A stretch of DNA of 63,148 bases, filler included, from Sphacelaria rigidula (Eukaryota): the NCBI GenBank assembly GCA_964200075.2. It is 8 parts of 8 records of this genome, joined end to end, with 100 filler letters (N's around TTAATTAATTAA, not from the genome) between each part and the next. Parts side by side here need not be neighbours in the genome. Positions count along the whole stretch, not along the records: positions 23,722 to 31,527 come from CAXNAA020013394.1; positions 31,628 to 39,433 come from CAXNAA020013395.1; 6 more parts are not named here. One strand, given 5' to 3'. Under the pieces are notes generated by a model. The model did not search any database, was not told the DNA's origin, and saw nothing but the letters and a program-made list of their open reading frames with translations. Every line of letters begins with the position of its first letter. The first letter of the stretch is position 1. Shown piece after piece: positions 23,998 through 37,700 of the stretch. The position numbers and the translations under genes were made by a program.

Positions 23998-26900
23998 GTG
24001 GAGCAGCTGGAATCGCTCTTGATCTGCAACAACCTTCCCGTCGACGGAGACAAAGCTACCCTCACACAACGTCTTAAAACGGCGTTTGACATTACGTCAG
24101 ACAAGCTGGAAATGCAAGAGTTCCAACAGCGCCAATCGCCGCCGGACTCCGCCCATTGCTTCTCTGCTCGGCCGCCGCCCAAAACGTACGATTACGACTC
24201 TGGATCCGAAATGGGTGTTTCGTTTGCGTCCACGCTGACTACTCCCAGCGTCTGCAAAGGCCGTCGCAGCTCTGGAGGCGCCCGCGGCTTTAGCGGAGGC
24301 GTTGGCGGGGAGTGGATTCGAACGACGGCCCGAGGCAGCAGCAGCAGCGGAGGCGGTGATGGTCAGGCGAGTGCGGGGGATTATGGCACTGCAGGTCTAG
24401 AAGGGAGATCAATTGAAGAGGGATGGGAAGAAGAAAAAGGCGACGGTGAGGGGGTCCTCGGAAATGAGGGTGGTGATAAGGTGCCTACGACCAGCGAACG
24501 GTTGTTTTTGTCCAGCTCGCTGTCATCCTCGAGCGAAGGGCAACGCTCGCCGGAAGTGCCCGAGTCGATTGGAGTTTCTTCTGCTGCTGCTGCCGCTGCG
24601 GTTGCGATTGGGGCGAAGACCGCCGCTGTTGCAGCGTCCACGGGTGGACTTGGTATCGACCATGACAGCAGCAGTGATGCTGTTTTCGAGAGAGCCGTAC
24701 GCGATGTTGAGCGAGGCTGCCAAGACACTCGGGACGTCCCCGCACCTGCGTCCCCCTCGGCAGCGGACACGCACAGCCATAAAAGCAAGGGCGACAACAA
24801 CCACGACGGATGCTCCAGCACTTTCTTTGATACCTTTTCCCCTCGCCCGCCTAACGCTAGCTGCCGCCGTGCCCAGTCGAGGAGGCACCCCTTCAGTCTC
24901 ATCGGCGAGAGTAAGGAGGGAAAGGCAACAACGGAGGTGGCGCCGGCGGTGGTTCCCTTGCCCACCCGCCGAGGTCCTCTTCAAGCCACTAACGGGAACA
25001 CTAATGTGTACGCGAGCGGTGAGCCGAGGCCGACAACTGCGACGGTGGCAGCTGTGATGGAGAGTGAGAAAAAGAAGAAAATAAAGAACAGCCAATGCGG
25101 AAACTGCGGTAAAAGTGGAGGTGATCCAGCCCCCGGTCAAAACGGTGTTCTTGACGGGTGCGGCGATGAAGGCACACGATCCCGCGGCAGGGAATATTTC
25201 TCTTTTTTGAGCAGGGGTCCACCGTCGCCGGCGATGCCCCATATCATGGTTGCTTGTGAGAATGAGAATGGAGAGATTAACAGCGAAGGTGTGGACTACA
25301 GCATACATCATGTTTGCGGCGCGCTCTCCTACATGAGGATGGGCAGCGGGTCGCTGTCATCGTTTGTTTGCGGTGGTGGGGATGATGCTGCCAGCAGCCT
25401 GGACGCAAGCTTCAGCGGACAAAGAGGTGAGGATGACGGCGATTGAACCAGAATCGGGCTCGGTCGCCGCGGTATCGGACACCATTTTTGGCACAGTGTA
25501 GGATGGGTGAGGAGAGGTCGCCGATAATCGGAAGTCACACATCAGCAGAAAGGAATAACAGTAGAACGAACTGCTGCCGAGACAGCCCCCCCCCCAAACC
25601 GGCCAAAAATGTGCACGGAGGCGATGATCATAAATGCCGTTAGGTCTGGTTTCGTGTTCCACGACGCGACTTATTTGGGCGTTATAGCTGATTTCAGACG
25701 GCTACAAGCCTTTCATGTAGGCGGCATTGCTGCAAATGAGCCCAATATTAGGATCACAGCCGGTTTGTCGGACGGTCTCCTGTGCACTTTTTGTGGGGGG
25801 GCTATCTCGGCATTAGTCTACGCAAGAAAAGAAGTACCTGAAATCGTGCACCTGCATGGCATCGCGCAAGTCTTTATTTCACAACCGTGAGATGGTCCAG
25901 CACCGAGTGAGAAATGAGACTGATTGCCAGGGCATTCTTTGCCATAATTTTTCATCGTATCCGATTTGCACCCACTGCGCATTACATGGCCCTCTCCACC
26001 ATCCCCTCCCCCCTTCCCGCGCGCTTCTGACTCGAATCCCACCGGGCGGCGGGCGACGCATGTCGCCCGCTGCACAGGTTTCGACGAAGAAATAGGTCGT
26101 TTCAGCGAGGGCGGTGCGAACACGCCTACAGAGGATGATAGCCTGACTCGCATGATCCAAACAATCAAGGAGAACAACGTTCCCCTGTCCGGCGCCAGAG
26201 ACTCTGTAGCTCTCGCCCACGCGAAGGCCGACTACAGCTTCTACAGTGATGCGTACGATGTTAGTCAAGAACCGGCGAATCTTGCTGGCGGAAATTCAGA
26301 GTGTGAGGGTCACGTGAGATCTTTCTCGGAAGACAGCTGGCCCATTCCGCCCGTAACGACAACGACAACGACCCCAGCTAATCATAGCTTGAAGGGGTGG
26401 GAAGAGGAGGGGGGGGAAAGGAAAGTGGATGAGGCCGAGAAGCCCGCCACGACGACGGAGGTCATATCTTGGTCGATCCTCAGCGACGACGAGATGGAGG
26501 CGGAGATAAACCGGAAGAAATGGGAGGCGGGGGTGGTCGACGAGTCTTCAGACTCCAGTAGCGACGGCAGCGATTTCATGTACCGAGGGACGGCCAAGTC
26601 TACTTCTACGGCGTCCACTTCCGCGAATTCCGTCCTCACGAGCACCTCCAACCCTGCCGCAAAGTGCAGCTTCGCGACCATCATTGAGAATCAACCGCCC
26701 CCCGGCTCTTCCGCGTCCGCACCACCAGCATCAGCGGCGACTTTGCCCCCAACGGTAGACGAGTCGAAAGAGGTCGACGATGCCAGCGATGGTGAATCCA
26801 GCTATCATGGCGCCGACTTGGCGGCTGGTAGCACCACTCCCACCCCGAAATTCCGCCGCCCGGACAGCAACGACAACGACAACGACAACGCCGCGCCCCC

Positions 26901-27450
26901 CTCACCTGCAACGCTCTCCCCCCCTGTAGTCGCTGCTGCTGCGTCTGCCGCATTTGCGGCCATCATTGCGACGATCTCCATCCCAGCAGCAGCAGCAGGA
27001 ACAGCTGAAGCAGCAGCTCCTGGCTCTTACGGTACCGCCGAAAAGACAGGCAAAATGCACGCAGAGGAGGTAGTCGACGCGCCCTCTCGTGATAGTGGAG
27101 AGGTCGGAGAAATTCGTCCGTTGGTTATTGCTGTCCCCAGGGTCCCATCTTCCCCCCAGCAGCTGCGCCGGACACGGGGGAGGTCATCGCCCCGTGTAAG
27201 ACCGATAAAGCCGCTCATGCTCGTGGCTGGCGATAGCGACATGGAGAGCATGAGAGGATCAAGCTTAGGTAGCGCCAACCCGGTCAGCAGCGCGGCTAGG
27301 GCCCGAAGGTTTTTCGAGACTTCTCCACCGTCGCGGAGACCGCCGACGCCACTCTTCATCACCACGCCCACCAGCGCCGGAAGTAGCGGTCCCGTGGGCA
27401 GCGCGCCCTCTTTCCGACACCCTTCAGATCGACCCCTCTCTGCGCGATGA
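23998..27450 (+). CDS. 5'-partial gene: SAP-like motif followed by a long Ser/Gly/Ala/Pro/acidic low-complexity region; exons 23998-25426 and 26078-27450 (~933 aa)
   Basis: Acceptor CCGTCAG|GTG at 23997/8. VEQLESLLICNNLPVDGDKATLTQRL matches SAP spacing (L..lL...gL...G.Ka.L..RL). The two long ORFs join in frame through a phase-1 intron at 25427-26077 (AG|GTGAG ... GCACAG|GT). Upstream exons lie beyond the contig start. Confidence 0.72.
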
Positions 27451-29370
27451 GTCGGGACAAACAAAAGGGGTGGACGGAGTTGATAAGAACTCTCCTGGTG
27501 TGGCACAGTGTAAAGAGACCGGGGTGAATATCAAGCGGGCCTTTCCACGTTGAGCGCCCTTACGGTCGTTTGCAGAGGCATACAACGGCATCGTCGGGGA
27601 TAGTAGATGCATGCTGCACGTGAGCAAGGGTATGCTCGGGCGCGGTGGCCTCGGTTCGGTAAAGTCGGCAATACCCGGGAGCCCCACGTAGGCACGGCTT
27701 TACAGAAGTACGTCGAGGGAACTGGGTGGAGGAGGGCAACACGTTGGGCTATCTAGATCGTTTTCTTTGTCTTGTCTGCCAGGGCTTGAGAAGAGGATGT
27801 GAATCGTTGTTGATGTGTACTGTATGTGATCGTTCACCTACTTCCAGCGACAAGCGTCATGCCGGACCACAGGTCAGTGTACAGTACTTCACGTCACGCC
27901 TCAAATGACGGACGACTGAGGAATAGATTGTAGGAAAGTGGAGGAGTGCGGGGAGATGGGTTCCACTTGACGGTATGTGTTATTGGCACTGCTTTTTCGA
28001 TTCGAGGAAGAAGGTTGTGACTAGTTATGTGGAGGATTTATTCAGGGCGTCGGAACGTGCGGCGAAGTTTTGAAGGCAAACGAAGGAATGCCTTTGCCGG
28101 TAATGGGTGTTGGTCGTGAAGATTTTATTTTATTGCAAGAGGGGGGCTTTTTGGAGCACGCGGTGACCTGATTCATGATGGGCAAAAATACGTGCGCTTG
28201 TGAAACATCGTCGTTTTCAGTGACTGATGGCAGGTGAGATATAGGTTGGCGTTGGGTTTGGCCTTTCGTGGATTAAAGTATCTCGGGGGATGTGAGGGTG
28301 GGCAAGGAGAGATTACGTGCATTAAGTCCCTGGTATCGGTGTTGGCTGATCTGCACAGTGCGACCCACCGCGTGTGATGGCCGCTTTGCAGACAAAGTAT
28401 ATGGTGTTGGTGTTCCCTATGCAATTCTCATTGCAGTATCATGTATTGTGGCGCCAGTAGAGGGGTGGCGTGTATACACGTACATGGCATGATATGGTTG
28501 ACGAATGAGCTCGTTGTTTGTCGGCGTGCGCTGCAGCAACGTTAAAATAAAGTGTTGGCTCGTAGTGTATCTCTCATCAGTTGGTCGTGTGTACGACCAT
28601 GTTTTGATTTCATGTTTTTAATTTCATATCTTTTTATTTTTTGTTGAGGTATAGACGTGAAAACATTATAAGAGTGGGTGTGACGTTATCCAGTACCACA
28701 TGTTTGGCGGTCATTCGAAACACGGTAAATTACGTGGTGGACACCAATTACGAGTTTTGCGTATCTTGCTGATCGGCATTTGGATCGTTTTCATGCGTCG
28801 AGTTAGATTCCTGTAGTGTTTTATCACGAATAAATCTGAGCGAGGCGATGTATGCTCCAGTATGTAGCATTGAGATAACATTGTGCACAGCTACAGTGTG
28901 ATCGAGGTGTGTCCCATGGGGTATCAACGGGCAAGAAAAAGCACACTGCCTCATGAAGTTGGTACCCGATGAAGCAGAGGTGTACAGTTGGTGCCGCGCG
29001 TGTACCGGGGTGTGTATGGTCTCTGCAAAAGAGACATCTCGGACGGTTTTTTTTTTTTCTACTGGAAAAAATCGAAAATTATGGCGTGGAGAGACACGTC
29101 ATGGGGTACTAAGGTTTCCCAAAATAAGAACGAAATACTCACTAGAAATGTGGACGAGACATGATTAACTTCCTCCCTCGCTGTATAATATTATTTAGCG
29201 CGTTTTGCGGGCGTTATATATATGTGATGGAAGTTCTTAGCAACCCAGGCACATGCGTGTGCTTTCGAGGGGGGGGGGGTGGGGTGCGGGAAGGGACGGG
29301 CGCATGTGGCTATAGTAATTGTTTTACTGCCTGCTCTGCGCTTTTCGAACGGGCTGCGTTATCTTGCCTA

Positions 29371-29662
29371 AACTTGTCGCAACCTCCGCCGCAGGTGTTG
29401 GCTGTCACTCGGCCAGTATGCGTGCGTGTCTACGCCCGTTTAATTTACTGGGAAATGAAGCCCGCGTAACGATCGACTGTTTTTATTAGTTTGTCGAGGT
29501 GCGTATCGTGAATGTTGCTCACCTGTCGCAAGAAACCTCCGCCGCAGGTGTTAGCTGTCATTCGGCCAGTATGTGTGTCTACGCCTGTTTAATTTACTTG
29601 GGAATGACGCCCGCGTGGCGACCAACTGTTTTCGTTAGGTTGCCGGGGTTTATATCGTAAAC
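29371..29662. repeat. ~150-bp diverged tandem duplication
   Basis: AACCTCCGCCGCAGGTGTT.GCTGTCA.TCGGCCAGTATG...TTTAATTTACT occurs twice in tandem. Confidence 0.8.
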
Positions 29663-30064
29663 ATGTATGCGGCGGAGATTCCTTTCCAGCTTTGTCACAA
29701 AGGATGGCGCGCTGGTGCAATGTAACTTAATTTGCTGGGCCTGTGATACCCAATTATTGTCTCTCGCCAGCAGCCACTTTTTCGCGGTACGTCGAGTGTA
29801 ACGCCTTAGACGGAACCAAAAATTGCATTCCGGATGGCAGGATGCACAAGCATCAGGAGTGGATTAAACCCTCAGGTGTATGCATACATCGGGTTTCCAG
29901 GAGGGAGGAAGGAAGGATTTGACTGTCGGTTAGGGCGGGGAGAAGGACGAATTAAGGGTACTGGGGAAAATAAAAATATGATTCAATCGCAGGAGAGGCG
30001 AATGATGTCCTTGGTATCCTCGCGGCTGGGGCATGGCATGGCTCGTCAGCGGGGAGTGGGTTTT

Positions 30065-30310
30065 ATCATTCGCTTTTAACTTGACCAACTTCTCATTCTC
30101 TGTGTACTCTTTTCTGCCTGTTACACTGGTGTGTGCTTACAGCCACACATCGATATCCTACTCTGGGATACTAAGGGCTTCAGTAGCAAGAAACTGCAGA
30201 AAGCATGTCGGGTGTTGTGGAGGGGCATTTCGGAACTGAAACTGTTCATTCAGTAATTGACCGCTTTTCACCCTCAATCGTATCCTCCATTCTAAATCTC
30301 ACCAAAACGC
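30065..30310 (+). mobile_element. MITE (partial), same family as 4223-4525
   Basis: Collinear similarity to ~4277-4520. Confidence 0.7.
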
Positions 30311-30502
30311 TGCTGTGCGTATTGATGGATAACATATACTACCTACTTCTTGAAAGAAAAACCAAATACACGCGGAGCGACTAGATACTGATCCACCGAA
30401 TGAGCAATGCTACGGTAGGGGTGCCGTTTTTGCTCAAAATCTTGTCTGGTTCAGGGGTGACATGATCGCAATTTTGTTCAAGGCCATTGACACGGGATCT
30501 CA

Positions 30503-30885
30503 CAAATTTGGGATGGATCTTTCAGTGGGGATGAGAAACTCGGAGAATTGAAATCTTCGAAATATGTTTCCATTTCTTCATTTACTGATAGCTTTGACAA
30601 CCACTACACGCCACAGAAATTTGGATTTCGATCACCAGAATGTCGGGGTCCTAGGTGAAAAAACAATTTCGGAACGATTTTGGCGTCCGTTCGGACACGC
30701 GAAATCCCCAACAATTGATTTTTCACCTCGGACCCCGACATATCGGTGAGTAAAATCCAAATTTCCATGGTGTGTAGTAGTTTAACAGTAGCCACCAGTA
30801 GGGGAAAAAAGGAAACCATATTTCGAAGATTTGGCGTGGATATGAAGATTTTAATTCTCCAGGTCTCTCATCCCCAATTTCAATT
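30503..30885. mobile_element. Palindromic foldback MITE, same family as 17166-17568
   Basis: Shares CCACTACACGCCA and CCTAGGTGAAAAAAC and the central GTCCG..CGGAC hairpin. Confidence 0.75.
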
Positions 30886-31527
30886 TTCAAATTATTGGTT
30901 GTTTCAGGCCATTTCACATCTGGCATAAAATTTCTGTGACAGAAAACTGTCTCGTTTTTTCAGAATATATTTCCAGAACCAATCGGAACTCTAAAAAAAA
31001 CACGCAGAACTTCTCGAAAAAAGCAAGCAGAACTTTGAAAAATAAGCAGAACTTTTCGATAAACTGCCCGAAACGTGACCCTATTATATGGTGGACAGAG
31101 CACTACACTGACACAACACAGCAATTCTGCAGTGTTCTCCAAAACCTGAACACGGACTGTACACAGTATGCACATCGGTTGCTTTCTCTTGCTGCAAAAT
31201 TGATATTGTCCAGCTGCTGCTGCTGTACTACTACGGAAGCACACGCCCTCGAGGTGCCACCCCACGTTTACCGTCATTGCGAGCATAACAAGACAAGAAC
31301 ACAAACTGCAGCAGTCGTGGCCGCCACACATCAACGTTACTGCAGTGAAACGTGTGCCTGAACCGATACCATCACACTTGTAGCGTATCTTCTTGTTGGC
31401 GGCAACTCGGGCATCTAATTTTGTGGCAGGGTCCACCGACTGAGCTGCGTGTTGGGGTGTACTCATGATCATGCATGCCATAGTCATCAGACCATTGACC
31501 GCGCATCCCTACAACGCCGGGACGGAG

Positions 31528-31627
31528 NNNNNNNNNNNNNNNNNNNNNNNNNNNNNNNNNNNNNNNNNNNNTTAATTAATTAANNNNNNNNNNNNNNNNN
31601 NNNNNNNNNNNNNNNNNNNNNNNNNNN
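31528..31627. other. Artificial contig linker
   Basis: Same 100-bp linker. Confidence 0.97.
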
Positions 31628-32527
31628 TTGTTGGGTACGTCTATCATGAGACCACGGCGGGACCCCTGGGGGGTCAGTTAAAGTGCGACAATCCAATCAA
31701 TCAACAGAGGACCCACTCTCGGCCTGACACGTGCTCCTTGTTTCCCCAAGCAGTGAGCGGATGCTTTGGAGTCAGCACGGCACACGTTGTGGTACCAGTA
31801 GATTCAACACAAATAGCGAACAGGAGAGCATATCGCGGTCGCCATGATGGTGTCTGTTCCGGTACACGCCACGCTCTCTAGCTTGAGTCCTCTGTGCCGG
31901 CTGAGTTCGTTGACTCGCGGCGCGCCGTCTAGTGGTGACGACGGGGTGGTTGAAAAAAGCTATGCGCATAATATGACTCCTCGAGACTCCAGAACGTTAG
32001 GATACCGCAGCGACTCTGTACCACGAAGATCAGTCTCGATAGTCGTGCACGTTCGTCCCCGTGCGCGAAGCTACTGCTCCTAAAATCACACCGAAATGAA
32101 TCAATTCGATTATGTACTCCGTGCTCACTTGTGTGAACACCCTCCGCGCGACTTGACTACCTCTGGTAGCGGAGCACTTGTTTTGCGCGTGTAGTTGAAG
32201 TTGCCAGTCGAAAACAGAAGAGTCAGGCGGAGAGAGATGCGGGATGTACACTACAGGGCTGTGCAGCATGCTGCTGACTGTCCTGCGCAAGTACTCTACT
32301 GTGATGCTGTTGTTGCGACTGCGCACTGTTGTGCACTACAGTACTGTTGAACGGTACGTAGCTGTGTTGAGTGTGTCCCAGGACGCTACGGTACAGTGTC
32401 TAGACACATCACAGTGCGGTGACAGGTGCACCACATTAGAGACCTGTCAGTGCGAGGTGTAGTACAGTATAAACATGACCCCCATTTAAAATGTTCAAGA
32501 AAAATCTGTTGATGGCTCCCATGAGCA

Positions 32528-33008
32528 AGGCTTACTTCTCATGTATCGAAAAACAAAACTTTTTGGAAAAAAAAAGTGCATTTTTGGCCCTTCCCCATCG
32601 TTTTTCTCCCGAAAAGAGGGCTAGGTGGATGTTGACACCTTGGAATGACTTGCTCTACTCGCTGAGACCGTTCCTCAGCACCTTCGCGTTTCTCGTAGGT
32701 CACGCTTTCGTTTTTGGCCGAACTTGCATTTCCGATGACCAACGGTCGAGTCATAAAAAAAACAGGGGGGAAACTGACATTATTTTGGTAACTTTGCCGT
32801 TTGTTACTGAAAATTCAAGTTTGGCCGAAAACGAAATCGTGACCTACGGCGAACGCAACGGTGCTCTGGAACCGTCTCAGCGAGTAGAGCACGTCCTCCC
32901 AAGGTGTCAACATCCGCCTAGCCCTCTTTTCGGAGGAAAAACGATGGAGGGGGGCCAAAAGCGCACTTTTCAACACGTTTCATTTTTTGATAACCCAAGA
33001 AATAGCCT
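32528..33008. mobile_element. Palindromic foldback element, ~230-bp arms
   Basis: GAAAAGAGGGCTAGGTGGATGTTGACACCTTGG and TGCTCTACTCGCTGAGAC recur as reverse complements around a short spacer. Confidence 0.82.
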
Positions 33009-33908
33009 AAGCGTTGGTTTTACAGTCTGTACATAATTCACTGTTCATCTCAAAAAATTATGCCGATGGAACACAGATGAACCACTCTGTACCACCTTGG
33101 GACCCTCACGAAGAACCACAACACTGACTTCCTGGGAAAAGCGGTGATTCTTTCCGCACGAAATACTAGATGCAGTCGGAGACAGGTCTGGAAATCTCAA
33201 CGGGCGTGACTGAAACACATACATGACTGAACGGCGTCACACCCTCACACCCTCACACCTCGACCCGAGCAAACACGCGTGGACATCCACGGGACGAGTC
33301 CAGCACGCCTGGTGCTAGCTAGCTTTCGCAAATCCATACACAGTGCTGTCTTCGTTCGCGGCAAGGGCCGGCCGCGGTTGTGCAGCATAACTTGCTCGAG
33401 ATGGAGTCGTTTAACGTTTTACACGGGAGCATTTTTTGTTTTCAAGTGATGGGGTACAACACATGCAGTAATACCGCACGCAGCGTGACGGATCCACGGT
33501 GAACAGCATGGCAGTCCACGGTACACTGATGCCCATTGCAGTTGGATACGGGGTGACATTTGCTCTATGATATCACAAAAAAAGAAGCAATATTTGCGCA
33601 AGACTCCGCGTCTAATAGCGCAAATCGCGCACTATGTTCGACTGCGCTCTCTACCAGAGCACGTAGGGCGGACCCCCGTTGCCCGACGGGCGTCCAGGCT
33701 TGGGTAGGCGAGGGTGGCTCGTGACGCTAAAACACACTGGGCTGTTGTGCACGTGTGCAGCAGTGTTGGTAGACAACGGAACACGGGATTTTCATATTCA
33801 AGCGTATTGACAGAACGTCACTATCTGCAGGCTGCGTCGTCCCTTGGCGTGCTCATGCGTAGTGATTGGCAGTGATGTCCCGGAGACGGAGCGTAATGGA
33901 AGGAGCGA

Positions 33909-34080
33909 TTATACTGGTCTACGATCGGCAATTCCTCTTCTCCCTACTTCCATTTGAACTACCGGATTTTTCTTATTTTCGTTGCAGACGAGTACCGCGC
34001 ATTTGTTGACGTTCGCTGTCGCTCTCCATTCCGTGGTTTATTCCAGCGCCTTGTCTATCTGCGTCTGCAATCCTCCCGTG
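33909..34080 (-). pseudogene. Non-LTR (LINE) reverse transcriptase C-terminal fragment
   Basis: The minus strand reads GLQTQIDKALE*TTEWRATANVNKCAVLVCNENKKNP/FKWK*GEEELPIVDQY, typical of the LINE RT segment between YADD and YLG. Confidence 0.72.
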
Positions 34081-34410
34081 TGATCCATTTTTTCGATTCC
34101 CATATGATTCATTTTCGCTTGGATGCAGTATTCACAAAATCTTCACTCCTTGCACCGATTCAACTATTACGGCGGAGAGGCATCGGTGCTATAAGTATAT
34201 CTGATCATGAAACAATGATGACAAAAAAATCAATTACGACGTTGATGGGGGAAAATTGGTGGTCCTTTTGCATGTATGCACGTTTAATTTTTTTGGCTTT
34301 CAGGTGTTTGAGTATGGACCCAGCCGACGAACGTGGCTCTTGCATCCCGAACGTTACAAGTACCAGGTGAGATATGTCCATGGATAAAGAAATGAGAACT
34401 GTATCATGCC

Positions 34411-34728
34411 GCCGCGCCCCGGTGGTATAATGGTCCGACTGTCGCCATTAGGGTGGAGAGAACGGGGGTTTGATTCCCGATGCGTTGGGTTTTTTCTTCG
34501 TAGTGCATGATTTCCACCGTGGAAAGCGTGAGAACGTGAGTAAACAGAGTAGTCGACTGGGTTTGTGTGACGTGAGTTGACGCGGTGCCGGAGTGCTGAT
34601 AGTCATGACCCAATCCGCGAGACCAAAATGCAAGGCGCGTACCGGGGAGAGATGGGTTGATCCCTTGAGGCCACGGACTCATCCTGAGGGGGGGAAGGGG
34701 TTCAAAGCGTGAGGAGAAAAAAAAAAAG
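34411..34728 (+). mobile_element. tRNA-derived SINE-like element (tRNA pseudogene head, body, A-tail)
   Basis: A-box TGGTATAATGG (34423-34433) and B-box GGTTTGATTCC (34467-34477) at tRNA spacing, broken stems, and an A-run at ~34717-34728. Confidence 0.6.
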
Positions 34729-37700
34729 TACTGGACGCCGAGCACGCGGAGTAGCGTGAAGGTAGTGATGTGGCTTCTCGGACCCGCTGTCAGGTGTGTT
34801 GTTTTCTTGGACAACGGATCTGAGGGTATACTTCGATGAGTTATCTCGGGTAGCTCACGATTGTCCGACGCGTGAAACGTTCATCCCGGTGTCCATCCTA
34901 TTGATCGAACTCCCGTTTCGCCGCAGGGTTGGCGTCCCTGTAACCAAAACAGTCAGCACTGACTGCGTGGCTCGGTGGTTATTGTGCACCCCAATACAGC
35001 CTTCCTTCCTGGCAAACCATAGAATAAGAATAGCAACGGGAGAGCTTCCCCGTGCTCAAGAAGTCGACAAAATAGCACATTGTCCCAGAAAGTGTTCAAG
35101 AACCACACACGCACGCCGGTACACTTGATCTATTCGGCAACGGTCTGCCGACAATGTTAACATTGAATGATGATCATCTCGCTTATTTCTGGTATTACCA
35201 AGAGCAAAACGATAACAGCTTGACACGCGACCGTGTCAATCATATTCGCCCCAGAGCGCATCCCATCGCTCCAGGCTGTGGGCACGGGTGTGCCTACAGG
35301 TACTCGATATGCTCCTCACCTGCGCCATGCTGGAATCCAGGTCCGCCGCCGCATCGTAGTCCTCTTCTTCCAACGCCGTGGCCAGTTGACTCTGTGGGGG
35401 TGCGGGGGAAGGGAAAGGACGTTATCAGATCACCATTATCGCAACACACGATGGAAGGTATCAAGGCCCGTTGTATAGGATGGGTGTCCTCCTGATGCCG
35501 CATTTGTTTTCGGTAAGTATCGATGGTGACGAATCAATGGTGCGCAGGACCCGCTGTGCGTGGGTCCAGCGCTTCGATGGTATTGGCTTCTGATTTTGGT
35601 TTTGCAACGCACAGCGATCACTGAGCACCGAAAACTCAGGCGTAATGCCACGGAACGGAGAGGGGTGGGGGGTGGGGGGTGGGGGGGATTTGGGGTCATT
35701 TCTTCCATGAAATTTAACCTCAAATCGTCGTTGAACGCAGTAACGTTTATCCGAACGCGATTGTTACCAATAAGACAAACTCATGCACACCACTTACCAC
35801 CGTTTTCACCCAAATACAAACGCATCGCGAGTGGTTAGGCCGTCTGACGCACCTGTGAGCCTCTGTTGTTCATGGCATCTAATACCCCCCCTATCGTAGC
35901 ATCACTCCAACAACTATTTGCTTACACACCTAGGTCACAGTATTGAGTAGGTCACCTGCGATACCCGAATACAGTGGTACAAAGGGCGGAAAAAAGCCGC
36001 CGCACCCTGGCGGTCTAACATAAAATTGTTTCACTGACACCATTTGGGCGAGGTGAACGTGGTTTTTATATGCGCCAGATCCACACACACACAACCACAC
36101 ACGTGTCATCCACATTTTGCGCAACGGTAGTGCCCCAGCATATATCCATCGACCACGGGCACTGTTGTACCCCGGCGCTAAAAAACTCGTCACGGACCTG
36201 CGCACCGATGGGATCACAGCCTTCATTTCTCTTCCGTGTATGCAAACCGTCTCCGACGAAACTACGGCGTAGATCTAGGGCGCGACCGACCACAGAGAAA
36301 ACGACCTTCCCAGGTATATCATCACTCATGTGTGTCATTTTTTCGCGGGAGGATCAACCCAACACCCTGCTACTGATACCCCAGGTTTACGGCTAGTTTC
36401 CACACTACTCACGCTTGAGAAACAAGAGCTGCCGCTTAACCCACACGGGAATGTTGTACTTCCAGACTGCATAGCACTGACGGAGGGCATTACTCTTGCT
36501 TCATTTATCGACCCGTTGGTTGATTTGTATTGACTACTCATCCGCGAACTCCGCCATGGTGGCAAGGTAGAGGGGCCCCAGGCAAATGAATAGGCGGAAT
36601 CACATCCTCAACAGCAAACTCCGGAGTAGTAAGACAGCAAAAAACAGAGGAACAAGACTAAACGCCGATAGATAAACCAGAAAAATAACGGTCCAGAGAA
36701 CCCCCCTCCAACCCGCACAGGTCCCCGTCTGGGCTCCAGACAGATTATTTTATAAATAAACTGTGTGGAAGAACAAGTGACTTTCCTATCCGGAGAGCTC
36801 ACTGTGGAGGCAAAAACTTTCACACCACTACATCTCGAGAGAAGAAACAACACACACAATGAGATTTCCGTACATACGCACAAATCAAAATATCCTCACA
36901 CTCAACGGGTGAAGGTAACTATTTGCAACAAAACCTGGGGCGACGATCCAGGGCGCCATGGATAGGTCATGGTCATGCCTTTTCTGGGTACATACCGACA
37001 ACTTCGTGTCTCAGACCGCATGTAGCGAGAGAACAGCAACCCATGACCCAACGAACCAGCACTGCAAACGATGAGAACTTCAACAAGATCGCAGGTATTT
37101 CGTAGATCCACAAATATTTCGTAGATGCATGTCTTGCGATTGAGATTCCCTGGGTGCAGATAACCATGGAACCACACGACCATCAGCAAGCAACACTCTC
37201 AGATCCTACGCGGAACCACATGCGCTACTGTTGAACCCGTCTTGTTCTTCGCTCCACAAATTGTGGAGCATGGCCACAACATACCACGGTACCGACACGA
37301 ACAGCTCAGAGCATAACATACGCACCGAGAGAACTCTATTCTCGTTTGATGCCTTTCAAACCCGTGGCCGACGATATTTCATGCGTTCTCTTTGCTTTTT
37401 TAAAGGCCATTTCCTCTACAACATGGTTGACTGCATTACGCGTGGCAAGTTCAGAAACCATAAATGAACACTGCACCGTATTTCAAGGGTTGAACTTTCA
37501 AAATCCATCAAAATTGGCGACATTACATTTTTTGTGCTATTGCTCCACGATGCATTTATCTGAACCGCGACTTCGCCAGATCTTACCTCCGAAATTCGGA
37601 GATCGGCGTTTCCGTCAGAACACTCGATTTGGTAACATGGCAGTGTGTATTGCAATGCCTGCATCAGAAATTTAGCAACCTAGCCACTGTGCTGATTTTG

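Noticed and set aside
22756..23998. Apparent head-to-head arrangement (bidirectional promoter) of ARL3 and the SAP-motif gene
   Set aside because: An artificial linker (23622-23721) separates unlinked contigs.
24381..25311. Long minus-strand ORFs overlapping the SAP gene
   Set aside because: Antisense shadows of a GC-rich low-complexity exon.
27447..27691. Coding-looking continuation after the SAP-gene stop in another frame (DESGQ...AFPR*APLRSF...GSPT*)
   Set aside because: Needs both a frameshift and a read-through with no supporting signal; treated as 3' UTR.
36330..36533. LPLNPHGNVVLPDCI...FID, loosely resembling a Helitron Pif1 helicase linker
   Set aside because: No helicase or Rep motifs (Walker A, DE, GDxxQ, HUH) found nearby.
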